A stretch of 64,000 nt of DNA from Gemmatimonadota bacterium (GCA_022825725.1 JAJDWE010000055.1:28919-92918), one strand, 5' to 3'; shown: positions 27,477 through 36,604, numbered from the stretch's first letter. Program-made: numbers and translations. The notes: generated from the letters alone by a model not told the origin.

Positions 27477-28592
27477 TCAGTCGCGCGCGCGCCGGATCTT
27501 CCATCGGTCCACCACGCGCCGCCCCCGCACGACCTCGAAATGATCGAAGTGCGCGACTGTGAGGCAGGCGTGATTCGGAAGGACGCGGACCTGCTCGCCC
27601 ACGGCGAACCGCCCGGACAGGCGCCCGTGTTCCTGGCTCACGGAGTTCACCCGATGGTCGCTCAGCTCCCGTCCGGACGTGTCGCGGAAGAGGCGGCCGT
27701 AGTGAGGCGGATCGTCCGGTCCCACGTCCTTGGACAAGGCGAGCGCGCCGCAGTCCGCGATCGCCCCGCCGGATCCTTCGCGCGCCGAAACGACCGTCGC
27801 GAGCACCGTGACCGCGCAGTCGCGCACCGCGCAGGACCCCAGCCGCGTCTGGGTGTAATCGTAGAGCGCGTAGTTTCCCGGCCGGGCCTCGTCGATCCCC
27901 TCCAGCGTCTCGACCCGGCTCATCCCCGGCGTCGAACCGAGCGAGAGCACCCCCGGTTCGAGCCCCGCCGCGCGGAGCGCGCGTCCTACCTCGACCATCG
28001 CCCGTCGCTCCTCCTCCGCCAGCGCGGCGATGGCGGCCGACGAACCCGCTCCGTAGGTGTGGCCGGCGTGCGTGAGGCAGCCGCGCAGCGCGAGCCGCCC
28101 CGCGCGTGAGATCCGCCTCGCGATCTCGACGACCCGGCCGCTGTCCTGCGGGACGCCGGAGCGTCCGTAGCCACAGTCGATTTCGAGCCACACCGGGAAG
28201 GAAACGCCCGCGGCTTCGAGCGCCTCGACGGCCGTGAGGGAGTCCACCGTCACGCCGAGTTCGACGCGCCGGGAGAGCGCGGCCGCCTCGCCGATCCGTG
28301 AGAGATTGAGGGGAAAGGCCCACAGGATGTCGTCGAAGCCCGCCTCCGCGAAGATCCGGGCCTCCGCGAGCGTGGAAACGGCGATGCCCGAGGCGCCGCG
28401 CGATCGCTGGCGTTCGGCGATCTCCACGCATTTGTGCGTCTTCACGTGGGGGCGAAGCCGAACGCCGAGGGCGTCCGTGCGTTCCTGCATGACCCGGAGG
28501 TTGTTCTCCAGGACATCGAGATCGAGGATAAGCGCCGGAGTGCGGAGATCGGACAGGTCCGGCGCGTGGGTGGCAGCGTTCCCGGCGTTCAC
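27477..28592 (-). CDS. PLP-dependent D-threonine aldolase / D-serine dehydratase-like enzyme (alanine racemase N-terminal fold, DSD1 family)
   Basis: TPALILDLDVLENNLRVMQ...RLRPHVKTHKCVEIA carries the PLP lysine in the HxKTHK context. The C-terminal beta domain ends ..GEQVRVLPNHACLT. Confidence 0.85.
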   Translation of the reverse strand: MNAGNAATHAPDLSDLRTPALILDLDVLENNLRVMQERTDALGVRLRPHVKTHKCVEIAERQRSRGASGIAVSTLAEARIFAEAGFDDILWAFPLNLSRIGEAAALSRRVELGVTVDSLTAVEALEAAGVSFPVWLEIDCGYGRSGVPQDSGRVVEIARRISRAGRLALRGCLTHAGHTYGAGSSAAIAALAEEERRAMVEVGRALRAAGLEPGVLSLGSTPGMSRVETLEGIDEARPGNYALYDYTQTRLGSCAVRDCAVTVLATVVSAREGSGGAIADCGALALSKDVGPDDPPHYGRLFRDTSGRELSDHRVNSVSQEHGRLSGRFAVGEQVRVLPNHACLTVAHFDHFEVVRGRRVVDRWKIRRARD

Positions 28593-28766
28593 GTCTCAAA
28601 GGTAGTTGGGGGATCACCGTTCCGCTAAGTTGCGAAGAGGGTTGCGGGCCGATGGCGGGTCGAGTGACCGCAAAGCCGTAGAGGTCGTCTTATTCACGAA
28701 GAGAAGATCTTTCGGATCGGGCCGGAGGGTCGGGTTCCGGACGATGAACCGAGCGACGCGGATGTC

Positions 28767-29282
28767 GTGACCGCCGTAATCGAAGGCGATCGCGAGGCGT
28801 ACGGGGTTCTCGTGCGCCGGTACAAGGACGTGCTGTACCGCTACGCGGAGCGCATGACCGGGCGCGCGGACGACGCCGCGGATATCGTGCAGCGCACGTT
28901 CATTCGCGGCTTTCGGAGCCTCGACCGCTGCCGCGACCGGGAACGGGTGGGAGGCTGGTTGTTTCGAATCGCCGTCAACCTGTGCAAGGATCAGTTGAAG
29001 GGGCGGGCACGGCGGGAGGTGTCGCTGGAGGCGGCCGGCCCGCTGACGGCGACGCGGGGTCTTCCCGAGGCGCGCGCCGAACGGGCGGAAATACGGGAAC
29101 AGATATACCGGGCCTTGCAGTCGCTGAGCGAAGAACAGCGTGAAGCTTTCGTCCTCAAGCACGTCGAGGGCTGGTCGTACGAAGAGATGGCTGAGAGACT
29201 TGGAGCGTCGGTGTCCGCGTTGAAGATGCGCGTCCATCGGGCTCGGGATCAGTTACAGGTGCTGTTAGAGAACTACCGATGA
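28767..29282 (+). CDS. ECF-type RNA polymerase sigma-70 factor
   Basis: GTG 28767 is the first canonical start after the in-frame stop at 28665. Region 2: YGVLVRRYKDVLYRYAERMTGRADDAADIVQRTFIRGF...VGGWLFRIAVNLCKDQLK. Region 4: LSEEQREAFVLKHVEGWSYEEMAERLGASVSALKMRVHRARDQL. Confidence 0.9.
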   Translation: MTAVIEGDREAYGVLVRRYKDVLYRYAERMTGRADDAADIVQRTFIRGFRSLDRCRDRERVGGWLFRIAVNLCKDQLKGRARREVSLEAAGPLTATRGLPEARAERAEIREQIYRALQSLSEEQREAFVLKHVEGWSYEEMAERLGASVSALKMRVHRARDQLQVLLENYR

Positions 29283-29920
29283 ACGACGATCTGAAGCTGT
29301 ACCTGGATGGAGAAATCGACCGTTCGGAGCTCTCGCGGGAGTTTCGCAGGGAAGCCGAGCGGTGGGATGCCCTCCTTTCGGACGTGCGGGATTCGGGGGT
29401 GCAGGGAGCTCCGGTCGGACTCGAGTCGAGGGTCATGGCCGAGGTTCGCCAGGAGAGGCGCCGGCCCTTGCCGAGTCTCGTGGACTGGTGGGTGCATCCC
29501 CGCTCCGTGCGCGTCCGGCCGTGGCTGGGACTCGCGGCTGCCGCCGTGCTTGCAACGTTCTTCCTCTTGCCGCGGGAGAACGTATACACCGAGCCGGCGG
29601 GGGCGGCGACGGCGCTCGTGGGTGAAGAAGTCCACTACGTGCAGTTCCGTTTCGAGGCGCCCGGCGCGGCGTCGGTCCACGTTGCGGGCGACTTCAACGA
29701 CTGGCAGCCGGAGGTCGCCCTGGCCGATCCCTACGGGACCGGCGTGTGGACCGGTCGGGTGAAGCTCCCGCCCGGCGTGCACAAGTACATGTTCCTCGTG
29801 GACGGCGAGACCTGGATCACGGATCCGCACGCGGAACGTTATGTGGAGGACGGTTACGGCAACCAGAATGCCGTGATCGCCATCACGGGCGGCGCGGGCG
29901 CCCGCTCGCTGGCCCCCTAG
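29279..29920 (+). CDS. Anti-sigma factor with C-terminal glycogen-binding-like (CBM48/AMPK1_CBM, E-set) domain
   Basis: The ATG overlaps the sigma stop (ATGA). One TM helix (WLGLAAAAVLATFFLL). The C-terminal part reads VQFRFEAPGAASVHVAGDFNDWQP......GVWTGRVKLPPGVHKYMFLVDGETWITDP, a typical CBM48-like beta-sandwich. Confidence 0.75.
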   Translation: MNDDLKLYLDGEIDRSELSREFRREAERWDALLSDVRDSGVQGAPVGLESRVMAEVRQERRRPLPSLVDWWVHPRSVRVRPWLGLAAAAVLATFFLLPRENVYTEPAGAATALVGEEVHYVQFRFEAPGAASVHVAGDFNDWQPEVALADPYGTGVWTGRVKLPPGVHKYMFLVDGETWITDPHAERYVEDGYGNQNAVIAITGGAGARSLAP

Positions 29921-29936
29921 CCAGAGCAGGCAGCCC

Positions 29937-30674
29937 GTGGCAAAAGCCCTGTGGCGCCGTTCTCCCGCGGCCGTGTGCCTCGGCGCCATCCTGCTCGGGC
30001 TCGCGATGCCGCTTGCGGGTCAGGACACGCGCGCGCGCTTCAGCCGTCATCTGGGCGCGGTCTACGCGGCGCGTACCCTTTCCGTCATAGAGGCGGGTGT
30101 GCAGGACGGTCTGCCCCGAGGTCTCCTGATCGACAAGGCCATGGAGGGCGTGGCGAAGGGGATGTCTCCGGAGGTCGTCCTCGCCGCGGTCGACACCTTC
30201 GCCGCGGAGTTGCGGGATGCGGCGTCCGTCGTCGGTCCGGGGGCGGCGCCGATCGCGCTCGAGAAAGCCGCGGATGCCCTTCGCCGCGGCGTGGGGCGCG
30301 AGCTTCTGATGCGGCTGGGACGTGATCGCGCCGATTTTGCTCTCCTGGTCGTCTCCCTCGAGGAGTTGCTGGACGCCGGCGTGGAAAGGGGTCTGGCCGA
30401 AGATCTCCTGCGCTACGCGGTGGCCGAGGAGTTCGACAGCGACGCGGTCCTCCGACTGCCCGCCAGCGTGAAACTGCTCATTCGGGAGTGCGGCGATGGT
30501 CAGCCCGACTCCTGCTGGTCGCAGGCGAGCATGAGGGAGTGCGCCCGCGTGATGCCGACGCGGCCGTGTCCGACTCGAACGCTTGCGGATGCGGCCCGCT
30601 CGGCCGCGGCGCGGCTCCTGCTCGCCCGTTCCCCGCCTCCCCGCAGCCTGCGGACGTCTGCGACACCGGGCTAG
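29937..30674 (+). CDS. Hypothetical exported alpha-helical protein
   Basis: Signal peptide MAKALWRRSPAAVCLGAILLGLAMPLAGQ, followed by a helical Ala/Leu/Glu-rich body. The last roughly 50 residues are low-quality, so the end is uncertain. The gene starts 16 nt after the anti-sigma gene. Confidence 0.55.
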   Translation: MAKALWRRSPAAVCLGAILLGLAMPLAGQDTRARFSRHLGAVYAARTLSVIEAGVQDGLPRGLLIDKAMEGVAKGMSPEVVLAAVDTFAAELRDAASVVGPGAAPIALEKAADALRRGVGRELLMRLGRDRADFALLVVSLEELLDAGVERGLAEDLLRYAVAEEFDSDAVLRLPASVKLLIRECGDGQPDSCWSQASMRECARVMPTRPCPTRTLADAARSAAARLLLARSPPPRSLRTSATPG

Positions 30675-30756
30675 CACCCTTCCCGGTCTCTGCCGTATAC
30701 TCTCGGACTTTCCGGCGGCCGAGCCCGCCGACGCAGGGTTTTGCCATGGGCGCTGG

Positions 30757-30795
30757 CCCACGGATCTCACCCGCGGATCTTGCCCACGGATGATG
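30757..30795 (+). repeat. Three tandem 13-nt direct repeats (core CCCRCGGAT) overlapping the fabH-like start codon
   Basis: Read directly from the sequence: CCCACGGATCTCA / CCCGCGGATCTTG / CCCACGGATGATG. ATG 30790 lies inside the third copy. The period of 13 is not a multiple of 3. Confidence 0.6.
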
Positions 30796-31872
30796 GAGAG
30801 GGCCTTGGCAGCCAGAGTGACCGCGGCGGTCACGGGTACCGGGAGCTACCTGCCGCCGGACAGCATCGACAACTTCCAGCTTCTCGGCATGGGCACGCTG
30901 CGCGAGTCGTTCGATGTCGGGCAGGCGCGGTCCGCGCTCAGGGGTGTCGAGGGTGCCAACGGGCTGTCGGCCCCCGAGGTCTTCGATCAGTGGGCGTACC
31001 AGTTGACCGGCATCCGGTCGCGCCGGCGGATCCCGCCGGAGAGCGACCTGACGACGGAGGACATGTGTGCCCGGGCGGGGCTCGCCGCGCTGGAGGCGGC
31101 CGGACGCGAGCCGGACGAGATCGATCAGCTCTACGTCGCGACCGTGTCGCCCTCCGACGAAGTTCCGAACAGTGCCTGTACCGTGGCGACGAAGATCGGG
31201 AATCCACGATTGGGAGGATTCGCGATCAACGCGGCGTGCGCCGGCTTCGTGTACGGCGTGGGGGCGGCCTGGTCGGCGATCGTCAGCGGTATGGCGGAGC
31301 GGGTCCTGGTGGTTTCGGGCGACGCCCTCACGCGGCTCGTGGACTACACGGACGTGCGGACGGCCGTGCTCTTCGGCGACGGCGCCGGGGCGGTCGTGCT
31401 GGAGCGGAGCGAAACGGACCACGGCGTGCTCGGCCCAATGGTGGCGTCCGGCTGGTTCGCGCGCGACCCGCTGTACCTCGTCGGGCAGAGCTGGCGGGAC
31501 GATCGGGACCGGATCCCCATTCTCCACATGGAAGGCGGGCCGAGGATCGTCCGCAACGCGATCGTCAAGATGGCCGAAGTGGGCGATCAGGCGCTTCAAA
31601 AGGCGGGTCTCGACTGGTCCCACGTGGATTTCGTGATTCCTCACCAGGCGAACGCGCGGATCACGCAGGGCCTCGAGCAGAGGCTGGAACTCCCGAAAGG
31701 GCGCGTCGTCCACAACATCGTCGACTACGGCAACATGTCCGCCTCGACCGTCGCCGTGACGCTCGATGAGGTTGTCCGCGGAAAGCACGGACCCGTGCCG
31801 GATCCGGCCACGATCGTGCTCACCTCTATCGGCGGCGGCTACACGATGGCGGCGGCGGTCGTCCGCATCTGA
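30790..31872 (+). CDS. 3-oxoacyl-ACP synthase III-like condensing enzyme (FabH/KAS III family)
   Basis: Catalytic triad contexts: INAACAGFVYG (Cys), IPHQANARI (His), YGNMSASTV (Asn). C-terminus SIGGGYTMAAAVVRI. An extra roughly 35-residue segment precedes the conserved W..QLTGIRSRR. Confidence 0.85.
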   Translation: MMERALAARVTAAVTGTGSYLPPDSIDNFQLLGMGTLRESFDVGQARSALRGVEGANGLSAPEVFDQWAYQLTGIRSRRRIPPESDLTTEDMCARAGLAALEAAGREPDEIDQLYVATVSPSDEVPNSACTVATKIGNPRLGGFAINAACAGFVYGVGAAWSAIVSGMAERVLVVSGDALTRLVDYTDVRTAVLFGDGAGAVVLERSETDHGVLGPMVASGWFARDPLYLVGQSWRDDRDRIPILHMEGGPRIVRNAIVKMAEVGDQALQKAGLDWSHVDFVIPHQANARITQGLEQRLELPKGRVVHNIVDYGNMSASTVAVTLDEVVRGKHGPVPDPATIVLTSIGGGYTMAAAVVRI

Positions 31873-31911
31873 TTCGACGGGCGGTCCGGCCGTCCGTGTC
31901 AGAACCCCGCG

Positions 31912-33162
31912 TCAGGCGGGACTCGCCCACTCCCTGAGCGGAATCACGTCGACGCGGTCCCCGGCGCCGATGGCGTCGGTCCCGACGGGGATCGCGAGGA
32001 GCCCGTCGGCCAGCATGGACCCCAGGTTGCCCGAACCCTGCGGACCGCTCAGGCGAGCCGTGAGGACGCCGGACTCGGCTGATCCGATGAGCACGCGCAC
32101 GAACGAGAGCACGTCCCGGAGCCCGCGCAGGTCGTGTGCCGCGACGCACTGCAGCGGTCGCCGGCAGGGGCGCGCGAACCCCGCCATCTTGCGGATCGCC
32201 GGCCTTACGAGCGTTTCGTACGTGACGAGCGCCGAGGCCGGATTACCCGGGACCCCCCAGAACGGCCGGCCGCCGAGCAGGCCGAAGACGGCGGCGCTGC
32301 CGGGGCGCATCCGCAGGCGCCAGAAGGAGCGCTCGAAGCCGAGTTCGTCGAGCACCTGCTTCACATAGTCGTGTTCGCCGACGCTCACGCCGGCCGCGGA
32401 GACGATCGCGTCGCAGGCTCCGGCCCGCGCGAGACAACGGTGCAGGTCGTCGGGATCGTCCCGGGCGATGCCGAGCGGCACCGGTTCCGCCCCGGAATCC
32501 GCGATCTGGGCAGCCAGCGCGTGCCCGTTCGAGTTCATGATCTTCCGCCCGGCCCGCACCTCGTCGAATTCATCGAAATCCGCGAGTTCGTCTCCGTTCG
32601 CAAGCACGCCGACGCGGGGTCGCCGGCCCACATCGACCTGGTCGAGGCCGGCCGACGCGAGCAGCGCCACCGCCGCCGCCCCAAGTTCCTCCCCACGCTC
32701 CACCACCGTGTCGCCCGCCTTGACATCCTCCCCGAGGAAACGGATGTGCCGCTCCCCGTCCGCATCGTCGAATATGCTCACGCGCCCGTCCGGGCCTCCG
32801 TCCGTGTGCTCCACGCGGACGACGCCCGTGGCGCCCTCCGGCACCGGCGCCCCCGTCATCACGCGCGCCACGGAGCCGGGCTCCAGCGGCCCGCTCGGAA
32901 AGGAGCCGGCCGGGATGTCGTCGGAGATCGGAAGGACCACGGGCCGTTCCAGGCTCGCGCCGCGAACCTCGTCGATCCGCACCGCGAATCCGTCCATGGC
33001 GCTGTTGTCCCAGGGCGGGTGCGGGGCGACGGCTTTCGCCTCGCGTGCGAGGGAGCGGCCGAGGGCGGAGGAGAGCGGAACGCGCTCCGTCTCCAGCGGC
33101 GACACGGCGTCGAGCACGAGAGCGAGCGCCTCGTCGAAGGAGATCCAGTCCGCGTCGTTCAT
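31912..33162 (-). CDS. moeA: Molybdopterin molybdenumtransferase MoeA
   Basis: ISFDEALALVLDAV.......PPWDNSAMDGFAVR, ..TGAPVPEGATGVVRVE.. and ..GDELADF......GRKIMNSNGHAL.. are typical MoeA domain signatures. 416 aa. Confidence 0.93.
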   Translation of the reverse strand: MNDADWISFDEALALVLDAVSPLETERVPLSSALGRSLAREAKAVAPHPPWDNSAMDGFAVRIDEVRGASLERPVVLPISDDIPAGSFPSGPLEPGSVARVMTGAPVPEGATGVVRVEHTDGGPDGRVSIFDDADGERHIRFLGEDVKAGDTVVERGEELGAAAVALLASAGLDQVDVGRRPRVGVLANGDELADFDEFDEVRAGRKIMNSNGHALAAQIADSGAEPVPLGIARDDPDDLHRCLARAGACDAIVSAAGVSVGEHDYVKQVLDELGFERSFWRLRMRPGSAAVFGLLGGRPFWGVPGNPASALVTYETLVRPAIRKMAGFARPCRRPLQCVAAHDLRGLRDVLSFVRVLIGSAESGVLTARLSGPQGSGNLGSMLADGLLAIPVGTDAIGAGDRVDVIPLREWASPA

Positions 33163-33194
33163 GTCTCACCGCCGAGGGGATTCGCCACCGGAAG

Positions 33195-33917
33195 CTAGAA
33201 ATAATACCAGATGGAGATGCTGAACTCCGGGTTGTGACCCCACACGGAACCCTGCGGCGCCGGCGCTCCGGAGGCCTCGAACAGGTCCAGCGTGGTCCCG
33301 AAGAGGAATCCATCCGGCGACGTCACGCGGACCAGGTAGTCGCGGATCTCGAAGCCGATCCCGATCGTCTCCGACGGAAAGATCTCGAACCCCAGCCCCA
33401 CGAAGATGTGCGGCGCGGTGGAGATGTCGTACCGGTAGGGTTCGAGCGCCTGGTCGGCGAGGAACTCGGAGGCGCCCTCGTCGACCCCGAACACGAAGCC
33501 GCCGCCGATGAGCCCGTAGGGGTGGATCCCGTTCCACGTCCGCGCTCCGGTGAGGCCGATCTGCGCGCCGACGTCGGCCCGCAGCCAGCCTGCGGCGACG
33601 GTGTCGACGACCATCGGTCCGGCCGGGTCGAGGACGTCCAGCGTCCATCGGTCCGCCGCCCCGTACGTGGCGCCAAGCTCGAGGGAAAGGGGACTCGATG
33701 CCCGGACGCGCATTCTGGCGCCCGCCACGTTGGTGGGTCCCTGCGCGAACTCGAGCCGCCCCCGGTTCCCCGCGTGGTGGCCCCCGAAGAGGCCGACGCG
33801 GAAGCCTCGCTCGCGCCAGCGGAAGGGGGAGTCGATGCGTTCGGCCTGCGCCTCGAGCGTCGCCGGGGCTGCGGCGAGCAGGGCGAGTCCGACGACGAGG
33901 ATCAGTCTGTTTGACAC
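33195..33917 (-). CDS. Outer-membrane beta-barrel protein (small porin/OmpW-like class)
   Basis: GTG 33917 gives (M)SNRLILVVGLALLAAAPATLEAQA (signal peptide). Amphipathic strands alternate through the body. The C-terminal ...FSISIWYYF has the aromatic terminal residue typical of OMPs. Confidence 0.7.
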   Translation of the reverse strand: MSNRLILVVGLALLAAAPATLEAQAERIDSPFRWRERGFRVGLFGGHHAGNRGRLEFAQGPTNVAGARMRVRASSPLSLELGATYGAADRWTLDVLDPAGPMVVDTVAAGWLRADVGAQIGLTGARTWNGIHPYGLIGGGFVFGVDEGASEFLADQALEPYRYDISTAPHIFVGLGFEIFPSETIGIGFEIRDYLVRVTSPDGFLFGTTLDLFEASGAPAPQGSVWGHNPEFSISIWYYF

Positions 33918-34017
33918 TGGGTTGACGCGGATTCCATATCTTGGATGAATCGGATCTCGAACGGAAACGGCCCCAGCACGCGAGTCTCGCGACGGGGTCG
34001 CGGCGCGAGGAATGTAG

Positions 34018-34824
34018 GTGGAGGACCGGGTCCTAACCAGAAAAACGTCTCGTCGCCGTCGCCTGCGACGCCGGCTTCTCCTGCCGGCCGTCCTGGTGTG
34101 TGCGTACCCGCCGCTCCCCGCTGCCGCACAGGTGCGCGAAATCGTCATCGACGGCGAGGCCTTCCGGAGGACGGCGGACGGCCGCCGGCTGGCCGAACTC
34201 GCGCTGCGCACGCCGGTTATCCTCAAGCGTACGGAAGGGATCTGGGCGGAGGTGGAGATCGAGGGTTGGGTCCCGTCCGGCTCGGTTGCGCCATCCACCC
34301 GCGAGGGCCGCAACGGCGTCATCGCCAGCCGGGGAGGCGAACGTCTCAGGTCCGAACCCGCCGGGTCCGTGACCGGACTGCTCCTCGAGGGCTTCCTCGT
34401 CGATCGGCTTGAGGAACGGGGGGACTGGAGCCGCATTCGCCGCTCGGGCTGGGTACGCGAGGCCGCGCTCGGGGCGAGCGACGCCGCCGGTGGTGAAGCC
34501 GGCGTCCTGGCCGGCGTCTCGGCCGCGGATCTGCGCGCGAACCCGGATGACCATGCCGGCGCGACCCTCCGCTGGACCGTCCGGTTCTTGTCGCTGGAAC
34601 GGGCCGAACCGGAACGGATCGACTTCTACGAGGGGGAGCCCTTCCTGCTCGCGCGGGCCCCCGACCCCGGGGACGGCCTGGTCTACATCGCCGTCCCTCC
34701 CGACTTGGTGGCCGCGGCCGAAAAACTCCGGCCCCTCCAGACCCTCGACGTGCTCGTGAAGGTCCGGACGGGCCGGTCGGCGCTACTGAGGGTCCCGATC
34801 CTGGACCTGCTCGAACTCTACTGA
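34018..34824 (+). CDS. Hypothetical exported protein with SH3-like repeats
   Basis: Arg-rich N-terminus with a hydrophobic segment ending AAAQ. Two segments resemble bacterial SH3 (..EGIWAEVEIEGWVPSGSV.., ..ERGDWSRIRRSGWVREAAL..). GTG start. Confidence 0.6.
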   Translation: MEDRVLTRKTSRRRRLRRRLLLPAVLVCAYPPLPAAAQVREIVIDGEAFRRTADGRRLAELALRTPVILKRTEGIWAEVEIEGWVPSGSVAPSTREGRNGVIASRGGERLRSEPAGSVTGLLLEGFLVDRLEERGDWSRIRRSGWVREAALGASDAAGGEAGVLAGVSAADLRANPDDHAGATLRWTVRFLSLERAEPERIDFYEGEPFLLARAPDPGDGLVYIAVPPDLVAAAEKLRPLQTLDVLVKVRTGRSALLRVPILDLLELY

Positions 34825-34873
34825 GCCGATTCCGGTCCGGGACCCTCCGCGGGGCCGGGCAGGCGGAGAGCCG

Positions 34874-36481
34874 CTAACGGTTCCCCTGGTTCCCCTCGCT
34901 CTCGGCCTCGTTCAGGAAGGCCTCGGCCTCCATCAAGCCGGCGTGCGCAAGGCCGCTCCAGAGGTTGGCGACCTTCGCGTAGGCCTCGGCGGCGAGCACC
35001 GCGTCGCCGTTGGCGGCGTGCGCCCGGGCCAGGCCGAGGAGCGAACGCGGCCGGTTCGGCATCCGCAGCAGCGACGTCTCGAACTTCTCGACCGCCTTGT
35101 CGGGCATCCCGAGTTCGAGCAGCAGTTCGCCGTAGAGTTCGTGGAGGGGCTTGACCGGGCTCGCGGAGCCGCGAGGCGGCGCCATGCTCATGACCTCCGC
35201 CTCGGCCTCGTCCATGAGACCGGTCGCCACGTCGGGATGGCCCATCGCGGCGTGCCGGAGCGCCCCGACCTGCTTGTGCATGACGTGCGTGTAGCCCTCG
35301 CCGTCCGACAGTTCCTTCAGGGCGGCCTCTGCCTCGGTCACGATCGCCTGGTCGCCCATGCGGTGGGCGCTGAGTCCCGTGGCGAGGAGTTCGTGCGCCG
35401 GGGAGTCTTCGGTGATCGGCTGGGTCTCCCACTGCTCGGTCTCGACGATGTAGCGCGCCTTGAGGAGCGAGACCGCGTTCTGCGCCCGCGCGATGCCGGC
35501 CGCGCCGCGTGCCCCGCCCGTCGTCGCGAAGCCCTCGTTGTCGACCATGTCCGCGAGCCGGTCCATCCATAGCCGCGCCTTGTCGTAGTCGCCGCGCTGG
35601 AGGTCGCCGTACTGGCCCCAGTCGAGCGAGTGCACCGCGTCGCCCACCGCGTCGCCGGGCTGCCACAGCTCCTGCGCCACGTCGTAGGCCGACTGGTTGT
35701 TGCCGGACACGCGTTCCCACATCCCGTGCTGGATGAAGATGTGCGTCGGCATGTGCCGTGCATGGGAAACCGCCGGCGCGATGTCCGCGAAGGCGTACGC
35801 CGCGTCCAGGGCGAGCGGCGCCATGATCGGATTGTCGAACGAGTGGATCGTGTAGTGCGCCGCGCCCGGGTGCAGCGGGTTGGCGTTGAACAGCCGGAGC
35901 GCGATCGCGCCCGCCATCACGTTCCAGCGCTGGCTCAGGTCGCGCGTCGCCGCCGTCGCGCTGAGGAGGGACAGCGCGTAGAAGGCCGCGATCTCCGGGT
36001 CATCCGGATAGGCCTCGTACAGGTCACGCATCGCCTCCATGTACCCCACGCGCCGGTCGACGTGATCCTTTTCGCTCCACAGGATCTCGACCGCCTTGAT
36101 GAAGCCCTTCTCCCGATCCGTCGGCGCCTTCGCGAGCCGCTCGGCCGGTGTCGCGCCCAGCCTCTGGAGCGCCTCGCGCGGCTCGGTCGGATCCATCTGG
36201 GACACGAGCGGGTGATTGTAGGCGAGCGACTCGCCCCAGTAGGCCATCGCGAAGTCCGGGTCCAGTTCCTGTGCCGCGTGGAACTGCTCGCGCGCCTGCT
36301 TCCAGCCGAAGCTGTGCAGGATCGCCACGCCCCGGAGGAAGCGCTCCTGCGCCTCGCCCGTCGCGGAGGTCGGGAAGGTGATCGATCCGACCTCATCGAA
36401 CTGTGCCTCGACCTGCGCGGGAACCGCCGACAGCATCGCGCCGAGGAGGAACGCCGGAAGCATCATGGACCATCTTTTCAT
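34874..36481 (-). CDS. Exported TPR-like helical repeat protein
   Basis: Signal peptide MKRWSMMLPAFLLGAMLSAVPAQVEAQ. Helical repeats run throughout (..FLRGVAILHSFGWKQAREQFHAAQELDPDFAMAYWGESLAY..). Confidence 0.75.
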   Translation of the reverse strand: MKRWSMMLPAFLLGAMLSAVPAQVEAQFDEVGSITFPTSATGEAQERFLRGVAILHSFGWKQAREQFHAAQELDPDFAMAYWGESLAYNHPLVSQMDPTEPREALQRLGATPAERLAKAPTDREKGFIKAVEILWSEKDHVDRRVGYMEAMRDLYEAYPDDPEIAAFYALSLLSATAATRDLSQRWNVMAGAIALRLFNANPLHPGAAHYTIHSFDNPIMAPLALDAAYAFADIAPAVSHARHMPTHIFIQHGMWERVSGNNQSAYDVAQELWQPGDAVGDAVHSLDWGQYGDLQRGDYDKARLWMDRLADMVDNEGFATTGGARGAAGIARAQNAVSLLKARYIVETEQWETQPITEDSPAHELLATGLSAHRMGDQAIVTEAEAALKELSDGEGYTHVMHKQVGALRHAAMGHPDVATGLMDEAEAEVMSMAPPRGSASPVKPLHELYGELLLELGMPDKAVEKFETSLLRMPNRPRSLLGLARAHAANGDAVLAAEAYAKVANLWSGLAHAGLMEAEAFLNEAESEGNQGNR

Positions 36482-36604
36482 CGTACTATCCCTCTCAGGA
36501 AAGAAACGCCGGCCTGTTTCGTCCGGTGCTGCACTGAAATCACGGTGTCAAAACCGGAAGCGGGCGGCAAGGCGTGATGCCGCGGCGCGGCGTCGCCCGC
36601 CGCC

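Noticed and set aside
27945-27975. tRNA T-arm-like strings (e.g. GGTTCGAGCCCC near 27955; TCGAATCCACC near 39215).
   Set aside because: Both lie inside well-supported CDSs. The flanks cannot be folded into acceptor, D or anticodon arms. No tRNA, rRNA or tmRNA-like region was found anywhere in the window.
31873-31911. A GC-rich imperfect inverted repeat between the convergent fabH-like and moeA genes.
   Set aside because: The best pairing needs a mismatch and leaves a 1-5 nt loop. It is not a convincing terminator.
36495-36525. A hairpin-like GAAAC...GTTTC followed by TTTCC on the minus strand, downstream of the DUF3224-like gene, as a possible intrinsic terminator.
   Set aside because: The stem is only 5 bp with an 8-nt loop and a short, interrupted U-tract. 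This is within what chance would produce.
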